Below are positions 28,894 to 38,839 of a DNA stretch of 64,000 bases, piece by piece. How positions within the stretch are numbered: position 1 is the first letter of the stretch; each line of letters begins with the position of its first letter. A program made the position numbers and the translations under genes. Source of the stretch: Candidatus Krumholzibacteriia bacterium (GTDB taxonomy: Bacteria > Krumholzibacteriota > Krumholzibacteriia > JAJRXK01); assembly GCA_041484665.1 (NCBI GenBank), contig JBGPIA010000013.1, positions 32,001-96,000 of the forward strand, read 5' to 3'. Below the pieces are notes generated by a model. The model searched no databases and had not been told where the DNA came from. It was given only the letters and a program-made list of their open reading frames with translations.

Positions 28894-31800
28894 ATGCCCC
28901 GTCCCCAGTTCAGCATTCAGGCCGCGGAATTCCAGCCGCGCGCGGCCGCCCGGGCTTGGGCGCGGGTGGCAGTCCTCACCGCCGCTCTGAGCTGGGCCCT
29001 CGGCGCCGGGCCTCCCAGCGCTGCCGCCGCCACTACCCGCGCCGCCGACCGCGCCGCCGACCGAGCCACCGGCCGCACCACCGACCGAGCCACCGGCCGC
29101 ACCACCGACCGAGCCACCGGCCGCACCACCGACCGAGCCGCCGACCGCGCCGCCGACCGCGCCGCCGACTACGCCGCCGACCGCGCCACCCGCCGCGTCG
29201 CCGAGTTGACGCAGATCGATGGCCTCCTCGCCCATCACGCCTGGGGCGAGGCCGAGCGGCTCGCCGACACCGCCCGCGCGCGGCTCCTGGCGCAGCCGGC
29301 TCCCGACTCGCTGGCGGTCGCGGCCATGCTCACGCGGCTGGTGCTCGCCCGTGACCCCGGCTGTCGCTGGTGGGTTCCCGGCACGCGCGACCTTGCGCAG
29401 GAAGCGCTGGGGATCCGAGCCCGGCGGCTTCCGCCCGACGACCTGGACGTAGCGGCCAGCCAGCTCGCCCTCGGGCGGATCCTGTCGCGCGAAGCCGATT
29501 TCACCCACGCGCGCCCGCTGATCGAGACGGCGCTGGCATCCCGCGAGAAGGCCCGCGGCCCCGACGCACTCGAACTCGCCGCAGCGCTCGATGCGCTGGG
29601 CACGATACTCCTCGAGCTGGAAGAGACCGACGCGGCGGCCTCCCTGCTGGAGCGGGCGCTGTCGATCCGCGAAAAGGCGCTCGGACCCAACCATCCCGAC
29701 GTCGCGCTCAGCCTCAACTCCAGAGGGAATCTGCTGGTGGCGCAGGGCAAGTACACCGAGGCGCAGCCGGTGTATGCGCGCGCCCTCGCGATCCAGGAAG
29801 CGACGCTGGGAGCCAAGCACCTCGATGTGTCACAGACGCTGGTCAATCTCGTGGTGCTCGGTCGCGACAACGGAGCCTACCAGCAAGCGCGGCCGCAGGC
29901 CGCGCGCGCGCTCGCCATCCAGGAGGCTGCACTTGGACCGGTCAACGCCGAGGTCGGACGCACCCTCGATTACCTCGCGAGCCTCATCTACTTCGCGGGC
30001 GACTATTCTGGGGCGCAGTCGATGTGGGAGCGCTCGCTGCGCGTGCGCGAGCAGACGCTGGGCCAGGACCACCCCGATGTGGCCACCACCCTCACCAACC
30101 TTGCCCTCGTCTCCGAGTCCCAGGGCGACTACGCCGCCGCGCGCACCATGTACGATCGCGCACTGAGGATCTACGAGCAGGCGCTCGGTCCGGAGCATTC
30201 GCTCGTGGCGATCACCCTGAGCAATCGCGGCCACCTCGACAAGATGATGGGTGATTACGACTTCGCCCGCGCCGACTACGAACGCGCGCTGCGCATCAAA
30301 GAGAAAGCGATGGGTCCCGATCATCCCAGCGTCGCTACCAGCTTGGTCCACATTGCGAATCTGCTGCAGAACATCGGCGACTACGCCGGTGCGCGCCCCT
30401 ACTTCGAGCGCGCCCTGGCGATCTACGAGCGCACGCTCCGCGCCGACCATCCCAACCGTGCGAGCGTCCTCAACAGTCTCGCCGTTGGCTACGAGCGCAA
30501 CGGGGACTCGCAGCGGGCGCGTCCCTACTTCCAGCGCGCCCTCGACAGCTACCAGAGGAGCCTTGGCCCGCGGCATCCGTGGGTCTCCAGCATCCAGCTC
30601 AATCTGGGCGATTCGCTGCGCAAGACCGGGGAGTTGGCGCGGGCGGACTCGCTGATTGCGGCCGCGCTCGCGACGCGCCGCGAGATGCTCGGCGAGGACC
30701 ATCCGTTCGTTGCCGAGGCGCTGGGCCGCCGGGCGTTGCTGGAGTGGGCGCGGGGCAACCTCCGGGTGGCTCTGGAATCGAGCCTGGCGGCCGAGCGGAT
30801 CGGCCGCGCGCACCTGCAGCTCACGATCCCCACGCTCCCCGAGCGGCAGGCGCTGCTCTATGCCGCGGTGCGATCGTCGGGGCTCGACCTGGCGCTGTCG
30901 CTGGTGGAGCGCGGGCCGATCGGCAGGCAAGTGAGCCGCCAGCCGGGCGGCGGCCAGGCCGAAGCCGGCCGAAAGGGCGCTCGCGCGCAGGCAGCCCACA
31001 AGCGGGCAGCCCGCAATCAGGCGGCCCGCTCGCTGGACGCGACCACCGGGCGCCGCGTCTGGGACGCGGTGATCGGATCGCGAGCGCTGGTGCTCGACGA
31101 GATGGCCGAGCGCCGCCGTACTGCGCGGGCGGAGGCCGCAGCCGCGGCGGACTCCGAGACGGCCGCGCTGTTCGCCAAGTACGGCGCGGCCACGGAAGCG
31201 CTGGCCAAGCTGATGGTCCAGCAGGTCGGGACGAGCACGGCCGACGAGCTGCGCGCCAAACTCGCCGACGCGCGCGAACGTGCGGAGCAGGCCGAGCGTG
31301 CACTCGCCGAGCACAGCGCCACGTTCCGCAGCCACCAGGCGCGGGCGAATCTGACGTTGTCGGATGTCGCCACGGCGCTGCCGCCGCGTAGCGCGCTCGT
31401 GGGCTACGTGCGTTACCGCCGCGTGGAGCCGGCGCCGCGCAGCGGCGGGCAGGATCACACCGAGCCGGCGTATCTTGCGTTCGCGCTGTCGCAGGGACGG
31501 GCGGCCGGCGGCGGCGCGTCCTCCGCCGCAGCGCTTTCGCAGGTCTCGTGCGTCTCGCTGGGCGATGCGGCACAGGTCGAGGGTTTGGTCACGCGCTGGC
31601 GCGACGAGGTCACGCGCGGGCCGCTCCTTACCGGTCGCAGCCCGGCTGCCGCCGACGCCGCCTGCAGGATTGCGGGCGCCGAGCTGCGCGCGGCCGTGTG
31701 GGATCCCGTGGCGCGCCACCTCGCCGGCGCCGAGCGCGTCTTCGTGGTGCTCGACGGGCAGTTGAACATCGTCAACCTGGCGGCGCTGCCCGGCGCGGAC

Positions 31801-32970
31801 GGCCGTTACTTGGTTGAGACCGGTCCGCTGCTCCACGTGCTCAATGCGGAGCGCGACCTCGTGCCCGAGCAGCCGGGGGCGCCACAGCCGGCAGGCGCGG
31901 GCCTGCTCGCGGTCGGTGGGGCGGCGTTCGATGACGCCGCGGCTACGATCGCTTGGGCAGCGGCGGACGCAGGCACGAGTGCCAGCGCAGGCGCAGGTGA
32001 ACGCGGCAGCGCCGCGGTGGCCACATTCCGCGGTGCGCTCTCCGGCTGCGCTGCCTTCCACGATCTGCGCTTCCCGCTGCTGCCCGGCTCCAGCGCCGAG
32101 GTGGAGGAAGTCGCTGCGCTGTGGGAGGGCGCGCCGCAGCCGGCTTCCGCCGTCACGCGCCTGGATGGCGCACAGGCCAGCGAGGAGGCCGTCAAGCAGC
32201 TGGCTCCGGGCCACCGCGTGCTGCACCTGGCGACGCACGGCTTTTTCCTTGGCCCGGGTTGCTACGCCAGCTCGCCCTCGGGGCGCGGGGTCGGAACGCT
32301 GGCGTCGGCCGGCGCTGCGACTGGAGCGGCACCGGCGACAACGTCAACAGGAAGTTCAGCGGGAGCCTCAGCGGGAGTCTCAATAGCAACGTCAACGGGA
32401 ACCTCGACAGGAGCAGCAACCGGACCGCCAGCCGGAGCGACGGCTGGAGCGACGACGGGAGCGGCGCCGGGAGTGCCAGCGGCACTGGCATCGACAGCGG
32501 CACCGGCACTTGCGCCAACTTCCGTCGAGGAGTCCAACCCATTGCTGCTCTCGGGCCTCGCGCTCGCCGGAGCGAACCGTCGCAACGAGGCCGGTCCGCA
32601 GCAAGACGATGGTATCCTCACTGCCGAGGAGATCGCGGTCCTCGATCTGCGCGGTGTGGAGTGGGCTGTGCTCTCGGCCTGCGACACGGGGCTGGGCGAG
32701 ATCGGTGCCGGCGAAGGGGTGTTCGGGCTGCGCCGCGCGCTGCAGCTGGCCGGCGCGCGCACTGTGATCCTCAGCCTGTGGGGCGTCGAGGATGAGGCCG
32801 CCCAAGAGTGGATGCGGCAGCTCTACCGCGCGCGGCTTCTCCAGCACCTCGATACAGCCAACTCGGTGCGCGAGGCGAGCCTGGAGCTCCTGAAAGCGCG
32901 CCGCGCTCGCCGATCGTCGACGCATCCATTCTATTGGGGCGGCTTCATCGCTGCGGGCGATTGGCGGTAG
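28894..32970 (+). CDS. TPR-repeat (kinesin-light-chain type) CHAT-domain caspase-like protease, signal-peptide-like N-terminus
   Basis: Repeated LG.HP.VA.L.NL TPRs; HLATHG and LSACDTG dyad motifs; HPFYWGGF; GGAG RBS before ATG 28894. Confidence 0.92.
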   Translation: MPRPQFSIQAAEFQPRAAARAWARVAVLTAALSWALGAGPPSAAAATTRAADRAADRATGRTTDRATGRTTDRATGRTTDRAADRAADRAADYAADRATRRVAELTQIDGLLAHHAWGEAERLADTARARLLAQPAPDSLAVAAMLTRLVLARDPGCRWWVPGTRDLAQEALGIRARRLPPDDLDVAASQLALGRILSREADFTHARPLIETALASREKARGPDALELAAALDALGTILLELEETDAAASLLERALSIREKALGPNHPDVALSLNSRGNLLVAQGKYTEAQPVYARALAIQEATLGAKHLDVSQTLVNLVVLGRDNGAYQQARPQAARALAIQEAALGPVNAEVGRTLDYLASLIYFAGDYSGAQSMWERSLRVREQTLGQDHPDVATTLTNLALVSESQGDYAAARTMYDRALRIYEQALGPEHSLVAITLSNRGHLDKMMGDYDFARADYERALRIKEKAMGPDHPSVATSLVHIANLLQNIGDYAGARPYFERALAIYERTLRADHPNRASVLNSLAVGYERNGDSQRARPYFQRALDSYQRSLGPRHPWVSSIQLNLGDSLRKTGELARADSLIAAALATRREMLGEDHPFVAEALGRRALLEWARGNLRVALESSLAAERIGRAHLQLTIPTLPERQALLYAAVRSSGLDLALSLVERGPIGRQVSRQPGGGQAEAGRKGARAQAAHKRAARNQAARSLDATTGRRVWDAVIGSRALVLDEMAERRRTARAEAAAAADSETAALFAKYGAATEALAKLMVQQVGTSTADELRAKLADARERAEQAERALAEHSATFRSHQARANLTLSDVATALPPRSALVGYVRYRRVEPAPRSGGQDHTEPAYLAFALSQGRAAGGGASSAAALSQVSCVSLGDAAQVEGLVTRWRDEVTRGPLLTGRSPAAADAACRIAGAELRAAVWDPVARHLAGAERVFVVLDGQLNIVNLAALPGADGRYLVETGPLLHVLNAERDLVPEQPGAPQPAGAGLLAVGGAAFDDAAATIAWAAADAGTSASAGAGERGSAAVATFRGALSGCAAFHDLRFPLLPGSSAEVEEVAALWEGAPQPASAVTRLDGAQASEEAVKQLAPGHRVLHLATHGFFLGPGCYASSPSGRGVGTLASAGAATGAAPATTSTGSSAGASAGVSIATSTGTSTGAATGPPAGATAGATTGAAPGVPAALASTAAPALAPTSVEESNPLLLSGLALAGANRRNEAGPQQDDGILTAEEIAVLDLRGVEWAVLSACDTGLGEIGAGEGVFGLRRALQLAGARTVILSLWGVEDEAAQEWMRQLYRARLLQHLDTANSVREASLELLKARRARRSSTHPFYWGGFIAAGDWR

Positions 32971-33129
32971 CCGCACCGCTGCCATCGGCGACTGGCGGTA
33001 ACAGCACCGCTGCGGGCGGCCGAGTGGACAGCGCCGCGCGGGGCGCAAGTTCGGACCAGGGCGGATAGAAACATCGCTCCCGATCGGTTCTGACGACCGT
33101 GCGGTCGACCAGCGTATCGCGTGCTCCTG

Positions 33130-34824
33130 TCATTTCAACAACTCGATCTTTTGCATCACCTTGGCACCGGACGCCTCGATGCGGCAGAAATACACACCGC
33201 TCGGCAGTGGGTGACCCGAGTCGTCCCGCCCGTCGAACGCGATCCGCCGCCAGCCCGCTTCCACATTGGTGAGCGCGACCCCACGCACGCGCCGCCCCGC
33301 AACGTCGAAGACGTCGAACGAAACGTCGGAGGGTTCATTCAAGCGCACGTTGAGGTCCGTTGTCTGAGCGAACGGATTCGGCCGTGCGGGAAGGAACGTA
33401 AACGGGGCGCTCGGCGCATCTCCCACGCCGGTCGGGGTCTGGCCATCGGAGCCGACGCGCTGCGCATAGATGTCGCTCTCGAAGTACCCCCGGAAATCTT
33501 GCCACGCGACAATCGCTCCGCCCGTGCCGTCCGACACGGCCGCCGGGCCGTGCTGATCGAAGTCGGCTTGACACACGACGACGCCGTTCGAAGTCCACGG
33601 GACGGTCCCGGAAGCCTCCACTCGCTGGGCATAGACGTCATATCCAACGCCGCTGCGGTTGTCCTCCCACACGACGAGCACTCCGCCTGCGTTATCCGAG
33701 GTCATCGTGGAGAGGCGCTGATCATTCGGGTCGGTGCAAACCGGGACCTCGTCGGGAAGCCACTGTCTGGCACCGGAAGCGCTGATCCGCTGAGCGTAGA
33801 GATTGAGGTCGGAAGGACCATCGAATCGGCTCCAGGCAATGAGGGCCCCGCCGGCGCCGTCGGGAAGCGTTCGAGGCATGTCGAATACCGAAGAGCCGCT
33901 CGGGGAGCCGACAGCGACTCCGTTGGGAGTCCACTGGACGGCGCCGGCGGAGTTGATTCGCTGCGCATAGATAGCCTCGATCCGGGCATCCGACCACGCG
34001 ATGATCGCGCCCCCGGCGCCGTCACCGACGCAGGCCGGGTAATACTGGTCACTGGCGTACTGACAGACGGCGAGCCCGCGCGGGTCGAGCACAACGCCGC
34101 TAGCGGAGAAGCGGGTCGCGAAGATGTCGAGGCTCCCGTTTCGGCTATCGATCCACGCGATAATGGCTCCCCCACTCCCGTACGGCGTGAGCGACGGGAC
34201 GCTCTCGTTGGTGGGGCCGGACGATATGGCAATCCCGCCGGGCCCATCCGGCACAACGCCCGCGAACGTCAATCGTGCCGCGTAGACGTCGGAGTTCAGC
34301 GAGCCGTTCCGATAATCATCCCATACGACGATCGCCCCACCGGAGCCGTTGCTCGTCATCTTCGGATAGTACTGTCCTCCGGTCGCGGTACACACCGCCA
34401 CGCCGTTGGGCGTCCACTGAGGGGCGCCCGAACCGTCCACACGCTGCGCGTAGATGTCGAAACTCGATGTCGCGCCATTGCGGTAGTCGGTCCAGGCGAT
34501 GATCGCTCCGCCGGCACCATCGGACAAGAGCGTCGCGTACGACTGGTCGGCCGGTGCCGTGCAGACGGCCACTCCGTCAGGTGCCCACAGGGCGTGTCCC
34601 CCGGCGTCCATTCGTTGCGCGTAGATGTCCCCGCCGGAGCCGTTGCGCGCGTCCGTCCACGCGATGATCGCTCCGCCGGCTCCGCCCGAGATAGCGACCA
34701 CATTGGATTGGTTGTGCGAGGCGCCACAAACCAGGACCCCGTCGGGCTGCCACTGACTGTGGCCGACGAGAGGCAGGAACGCGATAGGGAGAGAAAGGAA
34801 AGCGATAGCTGCTCGGCTTGACAT
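33130..34824 (-). CDS. Secreted repeat protein with C-terminal FlgD-Ig/T9SS-like domain
   Basis: Seven repeats of DGAGGAIIAW.D.R...DIYAQR; C-terminal PNPF...VFDVAGRRVR...FDGRDDSG.PLPSGVYF. Confidence 0.9.
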   Translation of the reverse strand: MSSRAAIAFLSLPIAFLPLVGHSQWQPDGVLVCGASHNQSNVVAISGGAGGAIIAWTDARNGSGGDIYAQRMDAGGHALWAPDGVAVCTAPADQSYATLLSDGAGGAIIAWTDYRNGATSSFDIYAQRVDGSGAPQWTPNGVAVCTATGGQYYPKMTSNGSGGAIVVWDDYRNGSLNSDVYAARLTFAGVVPDGPGGIAISSGPTNESVPSLTPYGSGGAIIAWIDSRNGSLDIFATRFSASGVVLDPRGLAVCQYASDQYYPACVGDGAGGAIIAWSDARIEAIYAQRINSAGAVQWTPNGVAVGSPSGSSVFDMPRTLPDGAGGALIAWSRFDGPSDLNLYAQRISASGARQWLPDEVPVCTDPNDQRLSTMTSDNAGGVLVVWEDNRSGVGYDVYAQRVEASGTVPWTSNGVVVCQADFDQHGPAAVSDGTGGAIVAWQDFRGYFESDIYAQRVGSDGQTPTGVGDAPSAPFTFLPARPNPFAQTTDLNVRLNEPSDVSFDVFDVAGRRVRGVALTNVEAGWRRIAFDGRDDSGHPLPSGVYFCRIEASGAKVMQKIELLK

Positions 34825-35018
34825 CGGGAGCCTCCAAATGCGTCGTCGGGATCCGCACGGCGTGGATTGCGCGCGTGCGGAGCCGCTGGGCTAGCAATCC
34901 AGACTATGGGCGAAAACGCCACGAATCGCAATTTGCTCGGAGACTTGCAGCTCCATGGCGAGGGCCATCTTCCAGGTCGCCACCGTCCCATTCGTTTCCA
35001 GTCGAACAATGTCAACAC

Positions 35019-35306
35019 CCGGTCCGCAGCAAGACGATCGTACCCTCACTGCCGAGGAGATCGCGGCCCTCGACCTGCGCGGTGTGGAGTGGGCTGTGCT
35101 CTCGGCCTGCGACACGGGATTGGGCGAGATCGGTGCCGGCGAAGGCGTGTTCGGGCTGCGCCGCGCGCTGCAGCTGGCGGGCGCGCGCACCGTGATCCTC
35201 AGCCTGTGGGGCCTGGAGGACGGGGCCGCCCAACGGTGGATGCAGCAGCTCTACCGCGCGCGGCCGCCCGTAACAACTTCGCTGCAGGGCGGCCGAGTGG
35301 ACAGCG
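35019..35306 (+). pseudogene. Duplicated, internally deleted 3' fragment of the CHAT gene
   Basis: 35019-35264 matches 32591-32836 (about 16 mismatches by eye); 35270-35306 matches 32998-33033. Confidence 0.9.
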
Positions 35307-35514
35307 TCTCGCCGGTCTGTTCTACTTGAAGGGAGAGGGGAAGCCGCACGCATCGGCTCCCCGCCCGGGATGGGCCGCGGCGGCCGGCAAGGTCCCTTTG
35401 ACCGGCTGCCAGGGTCGACCGTTGCTCTCCCGGGCTCCTCCTGGCGCCTCCGCATCACGGGCTAGCGCCCCGCCGGCGGCCGGCGCCCCACGCCCACTCA
35501 CTGGAGGCAACGTC

Positions 35515-36792
35515 GTGAAGTCCACGCTCAGGTTCGCGGGCGCGACGCGCGCGCTCGCTCTTGCCGCAACTTTGGCTCTCCTCCTTGCCGCGCCCCTCTC
35601 CCCCCTGCTGACCACGGGCCTGGGGCCGGGCAGCGCCGTGGCGGCACCCTTGAGCACCGAGTTCACGTATCAAGGCCAGCTCCTGCTCAATGGAGTCTCC
35701 AGCACCGGCCTCTACGACCTGCGCCTCACCCTCTGGGACGCGCTCACGCTCGGCACCCAGATCGGATCCCAGGTGACGCTCTCCGGCGTGGCCGTGACCA
35801 ATGGGCTGTTCACGACGACGCTCAATTTCACCGATCCTGCGGCATTCAACGGCAGCGATCGGTGGATGCAGATCGCGGTCGCGACAGCCGGCAGTGGAAC
35901 ATTCACGACGCTCAGCCCGCGCCAGAAGGTGACGGCCGCGCCCTACGCGCTGTTCGCGAGCAAGCCGTGGGTGACCAACGTCAGCAACATCTATTACACC
36001 GCGGGAAGCGTCGGCATCGGGACCACCGCGCCGTCCCGGCCTCTGGAGGTTTCCGCCGCCCAGGCCATTGCCCGCCTGACCACGACGAGCAATGTGTTCG
36101 GGTCTGTGATGGAGCTGAAGAGCAACGCCGCGACGCCGACCTATCTCGGTGCGATCAATTTCCTGGACGCTGCGAACGGAGTGCCGGGCCAGATCGCGTT
36201 CCTGGGCGCGACGAGCTCGCTGTCGTTTCGGACCGGCGGCGCCGATCACATGTTCCTCGATGCGGCCGGCAATCTCGGAGTGGGCACGTCTACCCCGACG
36301 GCGAAGTTGGACATCGCCGGCACCACGCGCACGCAGATCCTCACCATCACAGGAGGCTCCGACCTCGCGGAGCCGTTCCACGCCCTGCGGGACCCGCAAT
36401 CCGGCGCCGCCCAGCCCGGACCGGGGATGGTGATGGTGATCGATCCGGAGAACGCCGGCGGCTTGAAGCTCGCTTACGAGCCCTTCGACCGCCGCGTGGC
36501 GGGCGTGATCTCCGGCGCGAACGGCCTCTCCCCCGGGATGGTGATGAGCGCGCAGGGCGATCCCCACACCGACGGTGACTATCCGCTCGCGCTTACGGGC
36601 CGCGTGTGGTGCTGGTGCGACGCAGGCGCCGGCTCGATCCAGCCGGGCGATCTACTGACGACCTCTGCTACGCCCGGGCACGCGATGAAGGTGACCGACT
36701 TCCACCGCGCGCAGGGCGCGATGATCGGCAAGGCCATGACGGATCTCAACGAAGGCAAGGGCCTGGTGCTGGTGCTGGTCAGCTTGCAGTAG
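35515..36792 (+). CDS. Secreted fibre/tail-spike-like protein
   Basis: GGAGG RBS, signal peptide, FTYQGQL...YDLRLTLWDA...NGLFT...RQKVTAAPYA, GNLGVGT..P...LDI.G, GSDLAEPF, IQPGDLLTTS.TPGHAM. Confidence 0.8.
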   Translation: MKSTLRFAGATRALALAATLALLLAAPLSPLLTTGLGPGSAVAAPLSTEFTYQGQLLLNGVSSTGLYDLRLTLWDALTLGTQIGSQVTLSGVAVTNGLFTTTLNFTDPAAFNGSDRWMQIAVATAGSGTFTTLSPRQKVTAAPYALFASKPWVTNVSNIYYTAGSVGIGTTAPSRPLEVSAAQAIARLTTTSNVFGSVMELKSNAATPTYLGAINFLDAANGVPGQIAFLGATSSLSFRTGGADHMFLDAAGNLGVGTSTPTAKLDIAGTTRTQILTITGGSDLAEPFHALRDPQSGAAQPGPGMVMVIDPENAGGLKLAYEPFDRRVAGVISGANGLSPGMVMSAQGDPHTDGDYPLALTGRVWCWCDAGAGSIQPGDLLTTSATPGHAMKVTDFHRAQGAMIGKAMTDLNEGKGLVLVLVSLQ

Positions 36793-36835
36793 ACGCGCAG
36801 GGCAAACCCAAGTCCTTACGGGAAGGAGGTCCCTC

Positions 36836-38839
36836 ATGCAACGCTCCTGCGCAACTTCAAGCACGCTCACCTGCGAAAGCTCCCGCTGGCGCTACTCTGT
36901 GACCGCCGCGCTGACCGCGGCCCTCGTGCTGCTGGCGCCCATACTGCTCTTGATCACGCGCGTGGTCGCCGCGCCGATTTCCGTGGCGCCGCGGCAGCTC
37001 GAGGCGCCCGCGGCACGTGTCATCACCCCCGCGCTGATGCGCGAGGCGATGGAACGGACCCTTACGCAGCCGCCCTCACAGGAGGAACGCGAGGCGGATG
37101 AGGCCGAGCACAACCTGGGCTACGAGCCGAATCCGGCGCTCTCCGGAGAAGGCGTCGAGCCACCGGCGGCTGAAGCGCCCGCTCTGGCGCCCGAAGCGCC
37201 CGCGGTGCCCGAGTCGCTCTCGGGGCGCGGAGTGCCCGCAATCGCCGCGCCCCAGAGCGTCTTCGGCTACGTCCCGCGCATGACGCGCAATTGGTTCGCC
37301 GGCGAGGAGGGCGGCTACCCGCCCGATCCGCAGATCGCTGCGGGCCAGGGCCACGTCGTGACCGTGATCAACGGCCGGATCGACATTTTCGCCAAGGATG
37401 GAACCGCGCTCTACACGTCGAGCCTATACAACCTGTTCAGTCTCCCAGCCGGCTATCCGGGGCCCTTCGACCCCAAGATCCAGTACGATGAGGCCAGCCA
37501 GCGCTTCTTCGTGCTGACGCTGGCCAACGACACAAGTTGCGCCTTCGCGTCCTACTTCTATCTGGCGGTGTCGCAGACGTCCGACCCCACGCAGGGCTGG
37601 TACGTCTGGACGCTGCGCAACGAGCTCGAAGGCTACTGGGTCGATTACCCGGGCTTGGGCGTCAGCGACCGCGGCGTCTATCTCTCCGGCAACTATCTGG
37701 GAGGCTGCTGCTGCCCGTCGGGCACGAGCTGCCCCAGCTGCAACTGTGCGTGCCCAGGGTCAATTGGCACCTCGCGCGTCAACACGTTGTGGGCCCTGCC
37801 CAAGGCGCAGGTCCTTGCGGGCGCGACCTTCACGTCGTGGGCCTTCGACGACCTGCCCGATGATGAAGGGCGCCCGATGCAGTCGCTGAATCCTACGCTC
37901 ACGCACGGCCTCCCCGCAGGGGTGGAGAGCTTCGTCGTGGCGCTGCCGGGAGGCACCTTCTCCGGCGGCGTCCACAAGCTACTGGTGTTCGGCATCACGC
38001 TGCCACCTGGTTTCCCGGCCGTCGGCCCAGGCGTCAACCGGCGGGAGGTCGTGATTCCCACCGCCCTCGCGTTGACGCTCGCGCCGCAGCAGGGCGGCTG
38101 TGGGCTGCTCAACACGAGCAACATCGGAGCTCCACCTCTGGGAGCGGTGTACCGCAGTGGGTTCGTGTGGACGTCGAGCCACTACGGCAACGGGGGCGCG
38201 CCGAATCGGACGATCATCCGTGTCTACAAGGTCGACGTGTCGAGCTGGCCCACGCTCGTCCTGAACGGTACCAACTACGTCGACGATGGGGCGAGCTGGC
38301 ACTACTACTCGGGGGTGACGGCCAACCGCTTCGGTGATGCCGGCGTCGTCCTCTCCCGCTCCGGCCCGGCGGAGTATCCCGGATCGGCCTGGGCGGTGCG
38401 CCTTAAGGACGACGTCGGCTTCGGCTCCTTGGGTGAGCTCGCCCCAGGAGAGTTCTACTACGGCAATCCCACCCTGCCCTGCACGCCGACCCCAGTATTT
38501 CGCTGGGGCGATTATGCCGGCGCCGCGGTCGACGCCGCCGACCAGGGGTTCTGGTTCTGCCACCAGTACGCGACGATGCGCCCGGACGGCAACGGGTACT
38601 ACCGCATCCGCGTCGGCTACGTCCCGCGGGCGGTGTTCGTCGACGGCGCCACGACCGGGACACAGGCCGGCTCTCGTTCACGGCCGTGGAGCACCGTGTT
38701 CGCTGGGCATTCCGACGCATTGTCCGGCAACGACCTCGTCATCCGTACCGGTGTCTACCCGGAGGCGCTCACGCTCAGCAAGGGCGTGACGATCTTCGCC
38801 GATGGGGGAGCCGTCACGATCGGAGATCTGACGCCATGA
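36836..38839 (+). CDS. Secreted protein with Cys-rich insert and shared C-terminal domain
   Basis: AGGAGG RBS; PPDP.IAAG, FDPKI.YD, LAVSQTSDP, DYP.LG, RWGDY motifs; GCCCPSGTSCPSCNCAC. Confidence 0.8.
   Translation: MQRSCATSSTLTCESSRWRYSVTAALTAALVLLAPILLLITRVVAAPISVAPRQLEAPAARVITPALMREAMERTLTQPPSQEEREADEAEHNLGYEPNPALSGEGVEPPAAEAPALAPEAPAVPESLSGRGVPAIAAPQSVFGYVPRMTRNWFAGEEGGYPPDPQIAAGQGHVVTVINGRIDIFAKDGTALYTSSLYNLFSLPAGYPGPFDPKIQYDEASQRFFVLTLANDTSCAFASYFYLAVSQTSDPTQGWYVWTLRNELEGYWVDYPGLGVSDRGVYLSGNYLGGCCCPSGTSCPSCNCACPGSIGTSRVNTLWALPKAQVLAGATFTSWAFDDLPDDEGRPMQSLNPTLTHGLPAGVESFVVALPGGTFSGGVHKLLVFGITLPPGFPAVGPGVNRREVVIPTALALTLAPQQGGCGLLNTSNIGAPPLGAVYRSGFVWTSSHYGNGGAPNRTIIRVYKVDVSSWPTLVLNGTNYVDDGASWHYYSGVTANRFGDAGVVLSRSGPAEYPGSAWAVRLKDDVGFGSLGELAPGEFYYGNPTLPCTPTPVFRWGDYAGAAVDAADQGFWFCHQYATMRPDGNGYYRIRVGYVPRAVFVDGATTGTQAGSRSRPWSTVFAGHSDALSGNDLVIRTGVYPEALTLSKGVTIFADGGAVTIGDLTP

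Noticed and set aside
32591..35264. Diversity-generating retroelement TR/VR pair
   Set aside because: Mismatches are mostly T/C and G/C rather than adenine-specific, and no reverse transcriptase is present.
35515..36792. Prophage tail fibre
   Set aside because: Has a signal peptide and there are no phage structural, terminase or integrase genes nearby.
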